Source of the DNA: Schizochytrium sp. TIO01
Lineage: Eukaryota > Protista > Bigyra: Labyrinthulomycetes
Assembly: GCA_004764695.1 (NCBI GenBank)
Contig: SMSO01000025.1
Location: forward strand, 3,658,001-3,722,000
DNA: 64,000 bases
Reading direction: 5' to 3'
The notes under the pieces: model-generated
Told to the model about the DNA's origin: nothing
Seen by the model: only the letters and a program-made list of their open reading frames with translations
The model's database searches: none
In this document: positions 1 to 12,491 of the stretch, piece by piece
How the letters are laid out: each line of letters begins with the position of its first letter
Numbering within the stretch: the first letter of the stretch is position 1
Translations under genes and position numbers: made by a program

Positions 1-1198
1 TTCAAGCTTAATTTGAATGTTTTCTTGATTGATTTCTCAACAACATCTCTTTTGAGTGCGATTGTTTGTTCAATTCAAGGCTTAAACCTCATCACGAACC
101 TAAATTGGCCATGATGCCCATGATCAAACTATTACATACCAATCAGCATCTCCGGGCCTCTAGCACTTCCACTACTCAGAGGCAAGTCCTTCCAACACTT
201 AATCTATATAAAACCTCAAAACCAAAAGAATCACTCATTCATTGCATGGGCTTCTCCATGAGATAAGTACGTAAGTAGGTACCCACTCATTTTTGGGAAC
301 ATTACTATCTCAGTTCCTACCAAGTATGTACTACTCAAGTCCTGCAATTTTATTTCTTCAATTCGTATTCCACACCTTCATAGTATCCTAATATGGTAGG
401 TATCCTTGGCCTGTGCTGTCAGTTCCAAGTCGCCCAGTAATCGCAGCCTGTTTGCATGCGATCATTGGTCCCGTCTAATTCTCGCATTTCCTCCTTTTCG
501 TTTCACGTTTCCTTTCGTCAAGTTGATAAGCTAGTCCCTTATTTCAATTACACAGTTGGCGAAGAAGAGACATTTCTACTTGCCACCACTGGAATGAATG
601 TATCCAAGGTGTGCCCAGGCTGCTTTTCATGTGCTCGGCTTCCTTCTCGAAATGAAAGGCCTTTTGATTGTAATTTTTTTCTTTCTTTTTTATTAGTATT
701 GGTAGGAAGTTAGCTCTCCTCGTACCTTGAGTGTACTACTCGACAACCTAAACAAAATGATTTGAAACATCTGAAAACATCATACTATCCTTCTTTTATT
801 TATTTGTTATATAAAAATAAAGAGTAGTAATAAATCACACCAGGACAACCATAATTCTTATAGGAGGGAGACGAGAAAACTTAGGGTAACAATCGAAAGA
901 ACAACATGTTCTTAGAGCACGGACTTTTCTTCACTTGAAGAAAGCAGACAGAATGACCTAGACCAAAATCTGGTGCCACTTCTCCTAGGAAGTCCTTGAC
1001 TGCAACGAAACGGCACCAGCTTACCATATAAATCAACACAACACACAACAGAAACTACAATCAGCCACGAGAGAGAGAGAGAGAGAGAGATCTTGGGCCA
1101 GACGAAGTCCAATTTTCTGCTCAACTCTACAACTGGGAGAGCCCAAGGCCATCGCTTTCACCCCATTCTTACATCATCTATTCATTCAATTTTTATTT

Positions 1199-1206
<8 letters not shown>

Positions 1207-1232
<26 letters not shown>
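1207..1232 (+). repeat. poly(A) tract (26 nt)
   Basis: Uninterrupted A run read directly. Confidence 0.95.
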
Positions 1233-1233
<1 letters not shown>

Positions 1234-2291
1234 GAAAGAGCAATTTCCTTTAAGCACTCATTAAAACTAACTCTCAAGAAACTAAATAATATGACCATGA
1301 CCAACGTCCTTAAAGGAGCGGTTTGAAAGAAAGGTGGCGAAGGCGACATTCGGGCTACGTCCCTTCCTTGCCAGGGCTGGAAGGTTGCAACCCCTGTTAG
1401 TATTAAGTATTTGGGTAGCTGGTTCTAGCTAGCCAGCCTTGTTCTCTTCACGAGCTGTCTATCCATCCATCTATCAATGAATGTGTTCCATTCTGTAAAG
1501 CCAAGTAGTCGAAACTCGAGGAGCCCGTTCTCCAGGCGCACTAGTGCAGCCACCATCGCGGTTGCTGCCAGGACTGCCCTGCTCGCGACCATGAGTGGCA
1601 CCCATCATACCACTTGCTTGGACGACCCAATCATTTGGAGCACGCAACAGCGTATTGGTGGAATGAATGTAATGCTGTTTGTTTTTGTAAACTCCGACTC
1701 GTGGCAGTGTCGTTCGTTCGTTTTTCAACCACATCTTGAAATGTTGAATGAACTACGCTCGGAATGTCTGTGCCGCAGAGTGCTTGCTCTACGCTTGAAA
1801 TTGGGGCCCTTGGGTCTCTAAAATCATCGCGGTGCCGTGATCTTTGCGAGTCGATATGCGAACATGGGTAGTGACGATTCGGGTACACCTCTCCCACTTC
1901 CTTGATCAGAGCGCTTCTTTGGAGGCAATGCATGCATGGCCTTCGCGAGTGGATGGATGGCTGATTGGTCGCTGTTTGATGAGCCGACTGGACTCGTTAT
2001 CGTATATCTCAAATACGAAGAAGCCAAGCCTCAAACGATGGTGGTAACAGAGAAGCACTCAAAATGCTCTTAGGCTGCTTGAGATGGCTGCGCCGTGAAA
2101 AGACCAACGACGTCCATGGCTATAGTTATAGATTCGGAAGGCGAATGGATGCAGCATAAGAATTACGAGAGCTGCCGCTTGCGAGTGAGTGATTGAGTCC
2201 CTGTTGAGCTGTAAGATAATCACTGTTTTGGGAGTTTAGTGGTGGAACATTTGATAAACTGCCACAAGTTGCTTGCACCCCTGCACCCACC

Positions 2292-2823
2292 TCAACCACA
2301 AAACGAAGCCGCCGCTTTCCCAAAGCGATGGCCTGTTCTTTCTGCTTTCTTTGGGATGCTTTGGCTCGTGCGTGGCACCGCGGCAACTCTGCCGATGCTC
2401 GCTGCGTCGCTTGACAGCCAAAACGTGGCCTCAAAGAAATGCACTATCGCTGTATTTGTAGCATCGCTTGCTGATGTTCTCAAGTACATATCTGCAGGAA
2501 GAACTTCAAGACAAGAAATAGAACGAAAACAGAACGATAGCAGATAAATGTAACAGGAGGAGGAGGAAGGAAAACACATTCCATTTATTTTCACAGCGAT
2601 TATTTTAGATTGCTGCGTTCTCTCCAGAACAGCCCATTTTTCTCTCTTTTTCTTCATTCGCGTTTATTTTCAAGTCGGATTTACGAGTACTGAGAGAACC
2701 TTCCTTTCCTCGCAGTCTCGGGCGCCGGCCCATTGCAAGGGCTGAGGTGGACCTGGAGTTCTGAAGCAAAAGGAGAGCTCCAAAGAGGAGTAGTGTCGGT
2801 AAACTCAGTGAATGCAAGCGCAT
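2292..2823 (-). CDS. Possible two-exon small secreted protein (about 112 aa) or pseudogene remnant; exons 2823-2685 and 2491-2292
   Basis: Signal-peptide-like start MRLHSLSLPTLLLFGALLLLQ; GTAAAT donor at 2684; pyrimidine tract plus CAG acceptor ending 2492; the splice joins in frame (139+200=339 nt) to the stop at 2292. No family recognised. Confidence 0.3.
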
Positions 2824-4615
2824 TGGCTTCCCTACTATGCGAAAAGGAACTCATGATATAGTACCAATAAGTAAATTCTTATTCTTTTCACATAATTCTT
2901 CTTAGCTAAGATGAAAGAGAAATGATAGCGGTAAAAAAGTGCTCTAATGTAAACACTTATGATGCTCGCGCGCGCATACGGCACCCTAAAAGTGCGCGCA
3001 AGAGACAGCCTCATTGAAATGGGTGAAATATGTCTTGCTTTGAGCAGTGTCGGATTGAGGCCGAGTCGGGACCAACTACGGTGACATGAAACAGATTTCG
3101 GAGAGAGGCTTCCAGCAAGCAAGCAAGCAGGCCTGGTGATTTAGTACGTCTCGATTTGGCGATCTTGGGAACCTCCAGTTTATTCACAGACTCGCCAGAG
3201 ATTCTGCACTCTGTCAAAACGTTCCCTCAGTAGAGCCACAGACTGGCTCACTACAACACTAGCAGCACCAAAAGGTCGAAGGCAAGAGCGGACGTTGAAA
3301 TCGGCTCTGTGCTAACGTGCACAAAGACATTTAATTTATCACACTGGCATAGGCTCCCAAGATATGTTTGTTTTGGCAGACATAGCCACAAACGGTATCT
3401 TGGAACGACCGAGATAGCGTTCTTTAGAGAAATTTGATGCGTTGAAAGCTTGGATGTGCAATGCGTTTGCGATAAGAAGGTGCACCGTCGCTGGTTCACT
3501 GGCGCTTTACGACTATACGCTACAGCATACTAAAACACGATCCCATCGAATCTGCAATTCACTAGAATCGGCCAAAACTTATAACTGTTGTAGCAAGTGT
3601 CAAATGAGTCACATGAACTATTGAAAGTCCTTCTTCTTCTTCACTCCTTATATTCTGCCTCGAATTTAGATGAAGCGAAGCCACTGCTCACATTGCTCGG
3701 TATCCACTTTGCAGGGTATATCTCCAGACTACTGGTCAGTTCAAATCTGGTCTTTTTGAGACCTAAACATCACAGATCTCGAGCGTGAGTTTGATGATTC
3801 GTGCTGATGTGAGTTGAGTGAGGAAATATCCTCGATGTTTGATTTGAAGACACATGCCCGTGATAAAGACTGTATGCATGCAACAACGTACCGAGGCAGT
3901 GATGGTTGATCTACTTGGCCCGACACCTTGATGATGCAATCCTTCGCAGCTTGCAGAACTCGTATCCGCTCCCTCGTGATTGGCGTCGCACGTCGTAGGC
4001 TTTGTCGCATATCGTGCAAGTGCTAGACCCGATGTACAAGGCTGGGTAGCACCACAGCGTCGCTAGATGATTGATAACTGGTCTCAAGAGCGCTTCAAAG
4101 GTGGACCTAATCAGGGACATTGCCCCGTTGAAATGGGCAATCGGTAGTGCTGCTTACTTCATCTGCAGAGCGTGAACCTTTCCAAGCTCCGCGAAACGCT
4201 ACAGCCATTCATGGAATATGTCGCTCTTTCAAGATGCTTATAATGTGCGAGTATCTTGGGCCTAACACATGTCTTCGCAATCAGTCAGTCTCTAAGTCGC
4301 CTGTGTGTTTTTGCACCTACACTCCATAGATGTGTTTCTGTTTCTTCTTGTCTTTTTTTTTCAAGATCTTTTTCCTTCTCAAGCGTAAGTTCTTCTTTGC
4401 TTACTTTGCTGGTTTCTTTGTATTGGTTTATATGTGCTAAAGGCCGGCATATTCATAGCCACGAATTCAAGACAATGATGACGGAAGACGGGTACTACTA
4501 CCTCAGCCTGTCGCCAAAGCAAGCATCCTTATACAAGGGTGGACGGCATCGAGAACGCTATTTAGTGTCCAGGCGGTATTTTTCTTTCAAAATTGGTATA
4601 TTATATTTATTCATA

Positions 4616-4618
<3 letters not shown>

Positions 4619-4657
<39 letters not shown>
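4619..4657 (+). repeat. (TAA)n microsatellite
   Basis: Read directly. Confidence 0.95.
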
Positions 4658-4659
<2 letters not shown>

Positions 4660-6920
4660 TGAAGATAAATGCAAAGAGAACCAGAATTTCCTACTCGGCA
4701 TGTCCTCTTGGAGAACTCAAGCTCCTCAACGTCTCTCTCGGAGATCACCCGCTGCTTGGCAACCAAGTGTCGAAGGCCAATGCAGAAGAATCAAGCGATC
4801 GTAAAATCTCCGCACAAGCGTATCTTTTGGCTGCGTTTCATCTCGTACTCCGCCAGGGAGCGCAGCCGGTCGAAATCTAGCATGTGCAACGCAACTGTGT
4901 ACATTTCACGATTTCACTCTGGACGGCGCATTATGACGCCATTCTGAAGCAGCCAGCAGAACGCATAATAAGATACGATTTTGGTACCATGATAACCATG
5001 ATTGTAGGACAATTGGCTCTTCGAGTTGAAAGAAACGGGCTGCGAGAAAGCGGAACGAGAACCGTCAGAACGGGAACGCTAGGCCAGGTATTTTATTTCC
5101 AAAAAATGAAGCAAGCGAGATGCCCATCTGGTTTGGCCAAATAGCCCGGGGAGATGACGCCTGTAGCAAACTTTGAAATTCTGGTTAGAGTCAAACTTGA
5201 GATCTTGTAAACCATCAATCCTCATGAATATTTGCTTTTGCTTTTACTTCCAATTTTTTCTTTCTTTCTTTTGAAAATGAATAAAAGTTTTTATCTAGGT
5301 ATCTATAATTATCATCATCATTATTTTTGGGGCTAGTCATGATGATGTTCTTTTAATACTTCAAGAAGAAACAAAAGATGAAGTTTACAATTCTGGTTAC
5401 ACGTGGGAACAGATCTGTCCAACTAACTGGGACCCGTCCCAGGAGGCTAGCATAAGGGTAGTCTGAGTGGGGTTGAGTGCGTAACAGAAGCAGATCTTGA
5501 CAGGTTTTGCGCCGCGATCGACCAATCGCACACCAGTTTTATTTCAAGAGTTTAAAAGGGAAGGCTGCCACTTCTTCAGGCATGGGCCTAAGACGTATAC
5601 TTAAGCGAAACACTAGACGTGTAATTTACCCTCTGTTCTCACCCTTCTTGAAAGTTTTAATTTCTCTTTTCTCTGCGAAATCCTTTAAAATCGATCTCAG
5701 TCACCTTCAGAAAATAGAGACCATATGTGCCTCAAATAAGAGCCTACAGCATGGCACGCCAGAATAGCCTCGCTGATCAAGGCCGCTCTGCATGCTCAAG
5801 ATTACATATGCCTGGCCCAAAAGGTGCCTTAGTTATCGTTTTGCGATCGAGCTCTGGATCAATATGCAGCCTCAGGTGCAATTAGATCGCCGGTCAGTCT
5901 TAAAATAGTTATCCCAAGAGAAGAGACATTTCGCAGGTAAAGAAAGAACAGCTTGAATTCAATGCTCCAATCAATCCTTGCTCTTGCTTGCTCACTTCTG
6001 GGTTGAATTTGAGGGCTCCAACGGCAACCAATGGCACTTTAGCATGGGACACGCAAGCGAAGCGAAGTTATCCCGAGTTCTCAAGTAAGCTTTGTCTCCC
6101 TCGCGCGGAGGGGCTTCGGCCATTCGTAAGACAGGCGCGAAGAAGCGGAAAGCTGATCTTGTTCCATCCCTGTTCTATGGACCATGGAACAGAACTTGAA
6201 AGCGATGAACTCAATCAATTAATAACTCAATTAATAAAAGGAACGAAAGACGGGCCTTTGTAGGAAGCCGCCAGCCAGCCGACGAGCGAGCGAGCGAAGC
6301 CGCGCTGGTGGTGGCGGCGAGGCGGGCTGCTCCGCGGATTGGGCTTGACTTTGCCGAAGGGCGGAAGCTGATCTCACTCGCCCCCATCGACACGTGCGGC
6401 GAGTCGAACCTTTGGATATCCAAACAATGGAATAAAGAAATAAAGAAATACGTGCGACAGCGGCGCCGGCACGTGCAGAGGCGGATAGCTGAAAATGCTG
6501 ATGAAATGTGCAGAGTAAAACTGACTAGATAGATAGATAATCGATAGACAGATAGATAGCTGCTTTGGCTTCTTTCGCTGCGCTTTGTTCAAGCGAGTGG
6601 ATTGGTTGCAAGGAATGGTTCGGCCTTGGTTGTGGAGAGAGAATGCGGTAAGCGAGCGACCTTGTGGTGTGTTTGAAGCAGCGACTGGTTAATAAGTCTC
6701 AAGCACTCACTCTTGCCAAGGATGGAAGACTTGCCCTTCAAGTACGATGGCAAATGGCGGCTGCAGCCTTATGAATTTTGAAACCTTCGTGGAAAAAAAG
6801 CGCGAGAAATCCAGATTGTTTTTGCTTGACGTTCACAACTCTTCGTGGTCCCACGAGATACCTATGACTATGTACCCGGTTAACTAGGCAAATCACTCCA
6901 AGATTGCCTTTATTGTGTGA

Positions 6921-7029
<109 letters not shown>

Positions 7030-7930
7030 CTAATTAATTAATTAGTAGGTTCCTTTTCTTTTCTTTTCTTTTCTTATTTTAGTTTTAATTTTTAATTTTA
7101 TTATTATTATTTAATTTGAAAGAAATCATCAAAGCATGAGTTAAAACAAGTTGAAGCTCGATTTCTGTGTACAGACAGAGTAGTTCATAGCAGGCAAGCA
7201 AGCAAGGTCGGCCGGGCCAATCGTCGCTTGCTGAGTGAGTGCCGATGCATGCGACGAGATACGCCGACGCAGTGTCAAGCTGACGGACGTGAACCGGGCG
7301 CTTCGCTGGAGCAAACTTGAGGAGAGGATTTCTTTCATCCGCCCCCGAGTTGGACCTAGTTTATTCATATGTTCCAACCAAACGAAGAACGGCAGTCGAA
7401 AATGAGATTGGCAAAAGCGGAGGAAGCAGAGAGTAGAAAACCTTGGAACGAAGAGATGAAACTAGTAACAAAAAAGAAAATGTTTACTGCTTCCACTTTT
7501 TCTTCTTTATACAGGATGTGAAAAGGCTCAGGTTCGATAGTAGGCGAAGATTGCCTCGCTGAGTCTCACTTTTTTTTTTTTTTAAATTATTATTATTATT
7601 ATTTTAAATATAATGAGCTTTCGGATCAGGTAATTAGGCGACATCAAAACCTTAATTGCTGCTACGCCACGATCCTTCATACAAAAAGGGCCTGTATCGA
7701 GTCCTTTGATACCGTGCGAATCCAAGCCGGCACAAGGCAGCCAGAACAAGGCGGCCGGCAAATCCAAAATAAGAGAGGACGCTCATTGAAATTGTACACA
7801 GATCCCCGCTTCCAGCAAATCCGAAACACAACTCCATTCTCAGGAAAGCAAGCACAGAACCAATTTTGGTCCTTCACCTTAGAGAACGGTTAGCCAGCTG
7901 AAGTAATTGGCTCAAGCATACCACCCCGTT

Positions 7931-9151
7931 ATGTCGTTACCACCTACAGCACAAGTCCTAGAGAACACAACAAATAATTCACTGGACCTTGATTCATTAG
8001 ATACATCATCAGTTCTTGCGCAAAACAAGTCACTACAACAATCGGAGTGGAAAGGGCACGTCCGTGTCAAAGTCACCAGAGCAGCTGCAACAATAGAAGG
8101 TCCATCTTTTGCAACAGAAGCTGCTGCCGCCAAAGCCGAGTCAGAAGTTTTTGGTGCCAAGGCCAACCCAGATCAAGCCACAATGACACTTGTAGAAACT
8201 GGCTCAGATGTCACCGAGAACTCAGACCCAATCCATGCTGACTCTTTGATGAATCTCCATGACGACGACTTTCTGCCAGACTCGCCACTGATGATGGACA
8301 ACACGCAGTGTATTAATCCTTGCGCAGCGCCGCATACCGGTTTCCGTCTTCCAAAGTCGCGGCAAGCTCACTACGGCGAGGTACGCAACGAACTTTCCAG
8401 CACCCATACAGCAACCAGCGACTACGATTTTGTGCATCATCATCATCAACAACAACAACAACACAGTCAGCACTTTGCCCCGTCATACGAAACGACAAAT
8501 CACCTTCAATATGAGGATCAAAACCAGAGTTTGGCCCCCAACCAGGAAGACAACAGCATCCATCACATTAGTATGGCGTACCAAATGCCAATGTACGAAC
8601 ATCAATATCATCAAGAATCCAACCATTTTCACTCGCCGACCTCTGATACGAGCATGTACCATCAAGTGTCAAACGTGCTTGCCCCGGATGCAATGGACTT
8701 CTTCAGTAACTTCGACCACAACGATCATGAAGATCTTATGGTTCCTCCACCACCACCTCCGCCATTTAATTTTGATATCACCGACGCATCGCCTGCCGAC
8801 GATTGCTCACAACCCGCATCCCCCCTCAATGCAATGGAAGATCCCTGTGGTTCACCATCTTCGGCAAAGAAGAAGACGAAGAAGAAGCAGGCTTCTCCTT
8901 CTCAGCGCAAGTCCCGCCGTTCTTCGTCAAAGTCAAAATCGCGAGTGAGATCCAGAAGAGGGTCTCCTCCGCAACGCGAGTTAACATCCCGCTTCCGCGG
9001 TGTATGCTGGTATAAGCGTACGAAACGTTGGGTTGTGCAGCTTAAGATTAACGGAGTCAGGAGACACGTGGGCTACTTCAAGGATGAAAATGCTGCTGCT
9101 GTGGCATACGAGGAAGCTATCCGTGAAATTCGTGGAGACACGACAAACTAA
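7931..9151 (+). CDS. AP2-domain transcription factor (single C-terminal AP2 domain)
   Basis: C-terminal SRFRGVCWYKRTKRWVVQLKINGVRRHVGYFKDENAAAVAYEEA matches the AP2/ERF pattern. It is preceded by a basic NLS-like stretch and low-complexity H/Q/P-rich regions. First ATG at 7931 (the ORF is open from 7907). Confidence 0.88.
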   Translation: MSLPPTAQVLENTTNNSLDLDSLDTSSVLAQNKSLQQSEWKGHVRVKVTRAAATIEGPSFATEAAAAKAESEVFGAKANPDQATMTLVETGSDVTENSDPIHADSLMNLHDDDFLPDSPLMMDNTQCINPCAAPHTGFRLPKSRQAHYGEVRNELSSTHTATSDYDFVHHHHQQQQQHSQHFAPSYETTNHLQYEDQNQSLAPNQEDNSIHHISMAYQMPMYEHQYHQESNHFHSPTSDTSMYHQVSNVLAPDAMDFFSNFDHNDHEDLMVPPPPPPPFNFDITDASPADDCSQPASPLNAMEDPCGSPSSAKKKTKKKQASPSQRKSRRSSSKSKSRVRSRRGSPPQRELTSRFRGVCWYKRTKRWVVQLKINGVRRHVGYFKDENAAAVAYEEAIREIRGDTTN

Positions 9152-9834
9152 TTTCGAGCTAGCAGTTGTCCCTCTTGCGCCTCCGTCCAAAACAATGCAC
9201 CGCTTTCATCTTTTGACCTGATCAATACACTACTACCTACTATAAATGCCTGCACCCTACCCTACTCTGAGATCTTAGTGTTACTTTCCTCGCTTTCCTG
9301 TCTCGTCCACTAAAGGTGCTCGTACACACTCTACACTGTACCACAACCATACCGGGGACCCTCCGCGTACCCCGTCCTGAGAGTGTGCACTCGCTGTGAA
9401 GAAAAATAAAGGTGACCGTTGAAACGAGTGCCCAAAAGAATTAGGGCCGTAGCAGAACATCATCATCTTGCAAGCATTAAAGAGAGGGGTCAGCGGACTC
9501 TTAACAAGACGAGATGACGCAGAGTTCCACCTAGGGTCTATATGCCTCTTTACTGATTGACTATTAAACAGACAACTTTTTGATGACATCTAACCACATA
9601 TACTCCTTATATTTACTTTATGAAGCCCTGGATTGATGCGCTGGTCCCGCTCAGTCTCCATCTCTGCTTGTAAATAAACAGCTTTTTGTGTTGGTGAATA
9701 ATAAGTTTCATTTATCGAAAAAGCAAAGACTAAAGCTAGCTCTCAGCAAGCAAGGGAGCAAAGAAGCAGACATACCTAGGTTGAAGGTTCGAAGGAGAGG
9801 CGCCCCGGGATCGAGGAATAGCCCAATTTGAGAC

Positions 9835-10407
9835 ATGGCGGCTAAAATTCTCTTCGTCGGGCCGGAGCAAAGTGGAAAGTCCACCATCGCTAATAAGCTA
9901 GCAGGCGTGGCCACTGCTATTTCTCCCGAAGACCAAGATGACGATACCGCCACTTCTCTCCGTAATCAACCGTATCGCCCAACGGCAGCTGTCCGTGTGG
10001 TGGAGTTTGAGGCACAACTTAGCTCTGCCCAGGCTCGAAACTGGGGTGGAGACCGCTCCATCGAAGTGGAGATCTGGGATACATCAGGTGCTACAAAGTA
10101 TGAATCTTGCTGGCCTGCAATCCAGCAAAAGGCAGACGGTGTTGTCATTGTGTACAATCCTGAAAATCCCAACCACTCAGCTGAGGTAGAAACATGGTAC
10201 GAGTGGTTTGTGACCAAGGCGGGGCTTAGTTCAGAACAGGTACTTATTCTTGCGAATGATCGCAAGAGTGGACCTGATGATTCTCAGGGTGCTCCTCCGC
10301 GAGTATTTGATGATTGCGAACTCTTATTCACAGATGCAAACGACATGCAGAAGATCAAATCTGCTTTTCATGACCTAGTCGCTACGATTGGAAGCTTCAA
10401 GCGCTAA
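9835..10407 (+). CDS. IFT22: Intraflagellar transport protein 22 (RABL5-like small GTPase)
   Basis: KILFVGPEQSGKSTIAN P-loop, YRPTAAVRVVEFE and VEIWDTSG..KYESCWPAI motifs are characteristic of IFT22/RABL5; 190 aa. Confidence 0.92.
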   Translation: MAAKILFVGPEQSGKSTIANKLAGVATAISPEDQDDDTATSLRNQPYRPTAAVRVVEFEAQLSSAQARNWGGDRSIEVEIWDTSGATKYESCWPAIQQKADGVVIVYNPENPNHSAEVETWYEWFVTKAGLSSEQVLILANDRKSGPDDSQGAPPRVFDDCELLFTDANDMQKIKSAFHDLVATIGSFKR

Positions 10408-10849
10408 GTAATCTGCAGTCGTATGTTTTACTCATGACGAACAAGTTTAATATTCTGCTGTAGCTCTCACCGTACATGAAGTAATCACAAACAACTTATT
10501 ATGAACAAATAAACAATTTTGTACTTAGGCCAAATGTGCTTTCGGTTTAGAGGAATAATATGTGTCTCCGTCTTTCAGAAGGAGTCTTCTGGACTTCTGC
10601 CTGGAGAAGAATGAGCAAAATACTTCACACAAACCTCTTCCTCGACAACTTAAATCAACATTGACTTTGTTTTTAAGGGGAAATACTCAGCCTCTCTTAC
10701 AGGATTATTGCAGCAAGGCACTTTTGATAAACAATAGCATACATCTACTGAGTGGATGTATTTACTGTGAACACGAAGAATGTAATTAATTGCCTTCAAA
10801 ATGATTTTTCTGTGATTTTCGAGTAAATATAATTTGGAGAAACTATATA

Positions 10850-11950
10850 CTAGTAGGACCTATGTCCGCCACCGCCACCGCCACAGGACCCCTTAACTGG
10901 GCAGAGACAACCACAACAATAAATGTTGCAACAGTGAATGTTAACTCCGCCATTAGGCTTAGGCCTGATGATACTGCCTGTTTCAAAGAACATGTAATCC
11001 AATAAAATTGCACTTGCTAGAGTCAGTATCTTTTGCGGACCTGTATGGGTGTGCGGGACCTCAACGCGGAAGTTATCTGCTTGGGTAATGGCTTCATTGC
11101 AGGTGTCTTCCATAGTGTTTGGCATCTCTTTGATAATTTGACCAACTTGCTGTGGCTTATTGCTCTGATCTCCCGCATCGTACAGTGCAAAAATTGTCTC
11201 GTAACACAGTTCTGTGCATCCTCCAATTAAACAAACCGGTCCTTCAGCTCGTAAAAATGAACCTTTCTCTTCTCGTTCCATTATTTCGACTTTAGGTTGG
11301 CACAATGTTTCAAGACAGCCTTGCTCCAAGGCACGCCCAAGCTGCTCACCTTGAGCATCAAATATCTCAAGATCACCTCTACAAAAATCGAAACAACTAA
11401 AGCAGTTGAAGCATTTAAAAGGCTTGTGGGCAGAAAATACAAGTGTATTTGGAGGAACTCCTGGCCTCGCATCATACGCATGTAACAAAAGCTCGTGCTG
11501 AGGGGCACAACACATTCGTCCCATACAATCAGACTGCTCTTTTACCTCTAAAAGTTGGGTACCTGTCTCGGCATCACTGACAAAGTATGTGTTCTCAAAT
11601 TCAATACAATTTGCTATAAACATCTGGCTCAGAGCTTCGCCAAATTGAGGGTGTTGCTCGATACGAAAACGGTTGGTTTGGCCAATCGAGGACCACCCGC
11701 CTACGCGAACGGTAGTAGTGACTAACGACTCGCCATTCTCAAGAGGTGTTGTCTGCTGTTGAAAATAACCATTTGCATTCATCTCGTTGACAGGAGGGGC
11801 GCCGCCATTTACATAGCCTTGAACCGGCACCGCTTCAGCTACAGGAACTCCATTATTCTGTCTATCTGGATATACACTCTGGACAACTGGAACCTCGTAA
11901 CCTCCTGGCCCAGGCTCATCGTGTGGGAGAACTTTTGTATGCCCATACAT
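10850..11950 (-). CDS. Phospholipid scramblase family protein
   Basis: Pro/Val-rich N-terminus; FENTYFV, EQSDCMGRMCC, ADNFRVEVP and K.LTLASAILLDYMFFE motifs of PLSCR-type scramblases; Cys-rich tail. Confidence 0.88.
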   Translation of the reverse strand: MYGHTKVLPHDEPGPGGYEVPVVQSVYPDRQNNGVPVAEAVPVQGYVNGGAPPVNEMNANGYFQQQTTPLENGESLVTTTVRVGGWSSIGQTNRFRIEQHPQFGEALSQMFIANCIEFENTYFVSDAETGTQLLEVKEQSDCMGRMCCAPQHELLLHAYDARPGVPPNTLVFSAHKPFKCFNCFSCFDFCRGDLEIFDAQGEQLGRALEQGCLETLCQPKVEIMEREEKGSFLRAEGPVCLIGGCTELCYETIFALYDAGDQSNKPQQVGQIIKEMPNTMEDTCNEAITQADNFRVEVPHTHTGPQKILTLASAILLDYMFFETGSIIRPKPNGGVNIHCCNIYCCGCLCPVKGSCGGGGGGHRSY

Positions 11951-12491
11951 TCTATTGCAAACCCCTGAACAGCCTCAGCCAAAAAACCTAAGACCAGGGC
12001 TCCGTCCATAAAGATCGTGCGCACAGCCTCTCCCCGCCACAATTCAACTTTGTTTTCTGATAATCGAAGAAGGCGCTTTTCTCCAACTCTCATGCTAAAA
12101 TTACCTTCGCCTCGAATAATGAGGTCCCGAAGAGATGTCCCTTCTTTCATGTTAAACTCGTGGTTAAACGGCACGAAATTTAAGATATTTCCCTCGGGAT
12201 ACCTCATCAGTGAAACTATTTAAAAGTAGCTCCAAGCTATTCAACTCTATAATATAGCTAAGGATCAGGGTGTTCATTCAGGCCCAAGCATATGTCCTCC
12301 CGGTAGAATCTACAACGGATGGGTGTGTACCTATCTGCCAGAACTGGTACATACACTTGTTCTATGAGCTTACCCTATTTTGAGTGAAAACTCTCCATTC
12401 ACTACTGCACGATCGGCACTTTTCTCCTTGAGCGGAGGTAGCGTAGGTCCTGCACAAGACAAAGTTGACGAGCGCAAGGAGTGTTGTGAAA

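Noticed and set aside
9340-9375. RNase MRP RNA (minus-strand GGAGGGTCCCCGG resembles CR-I)
   Set aside because: No matching CR-V or GARAR hairpin downstream.
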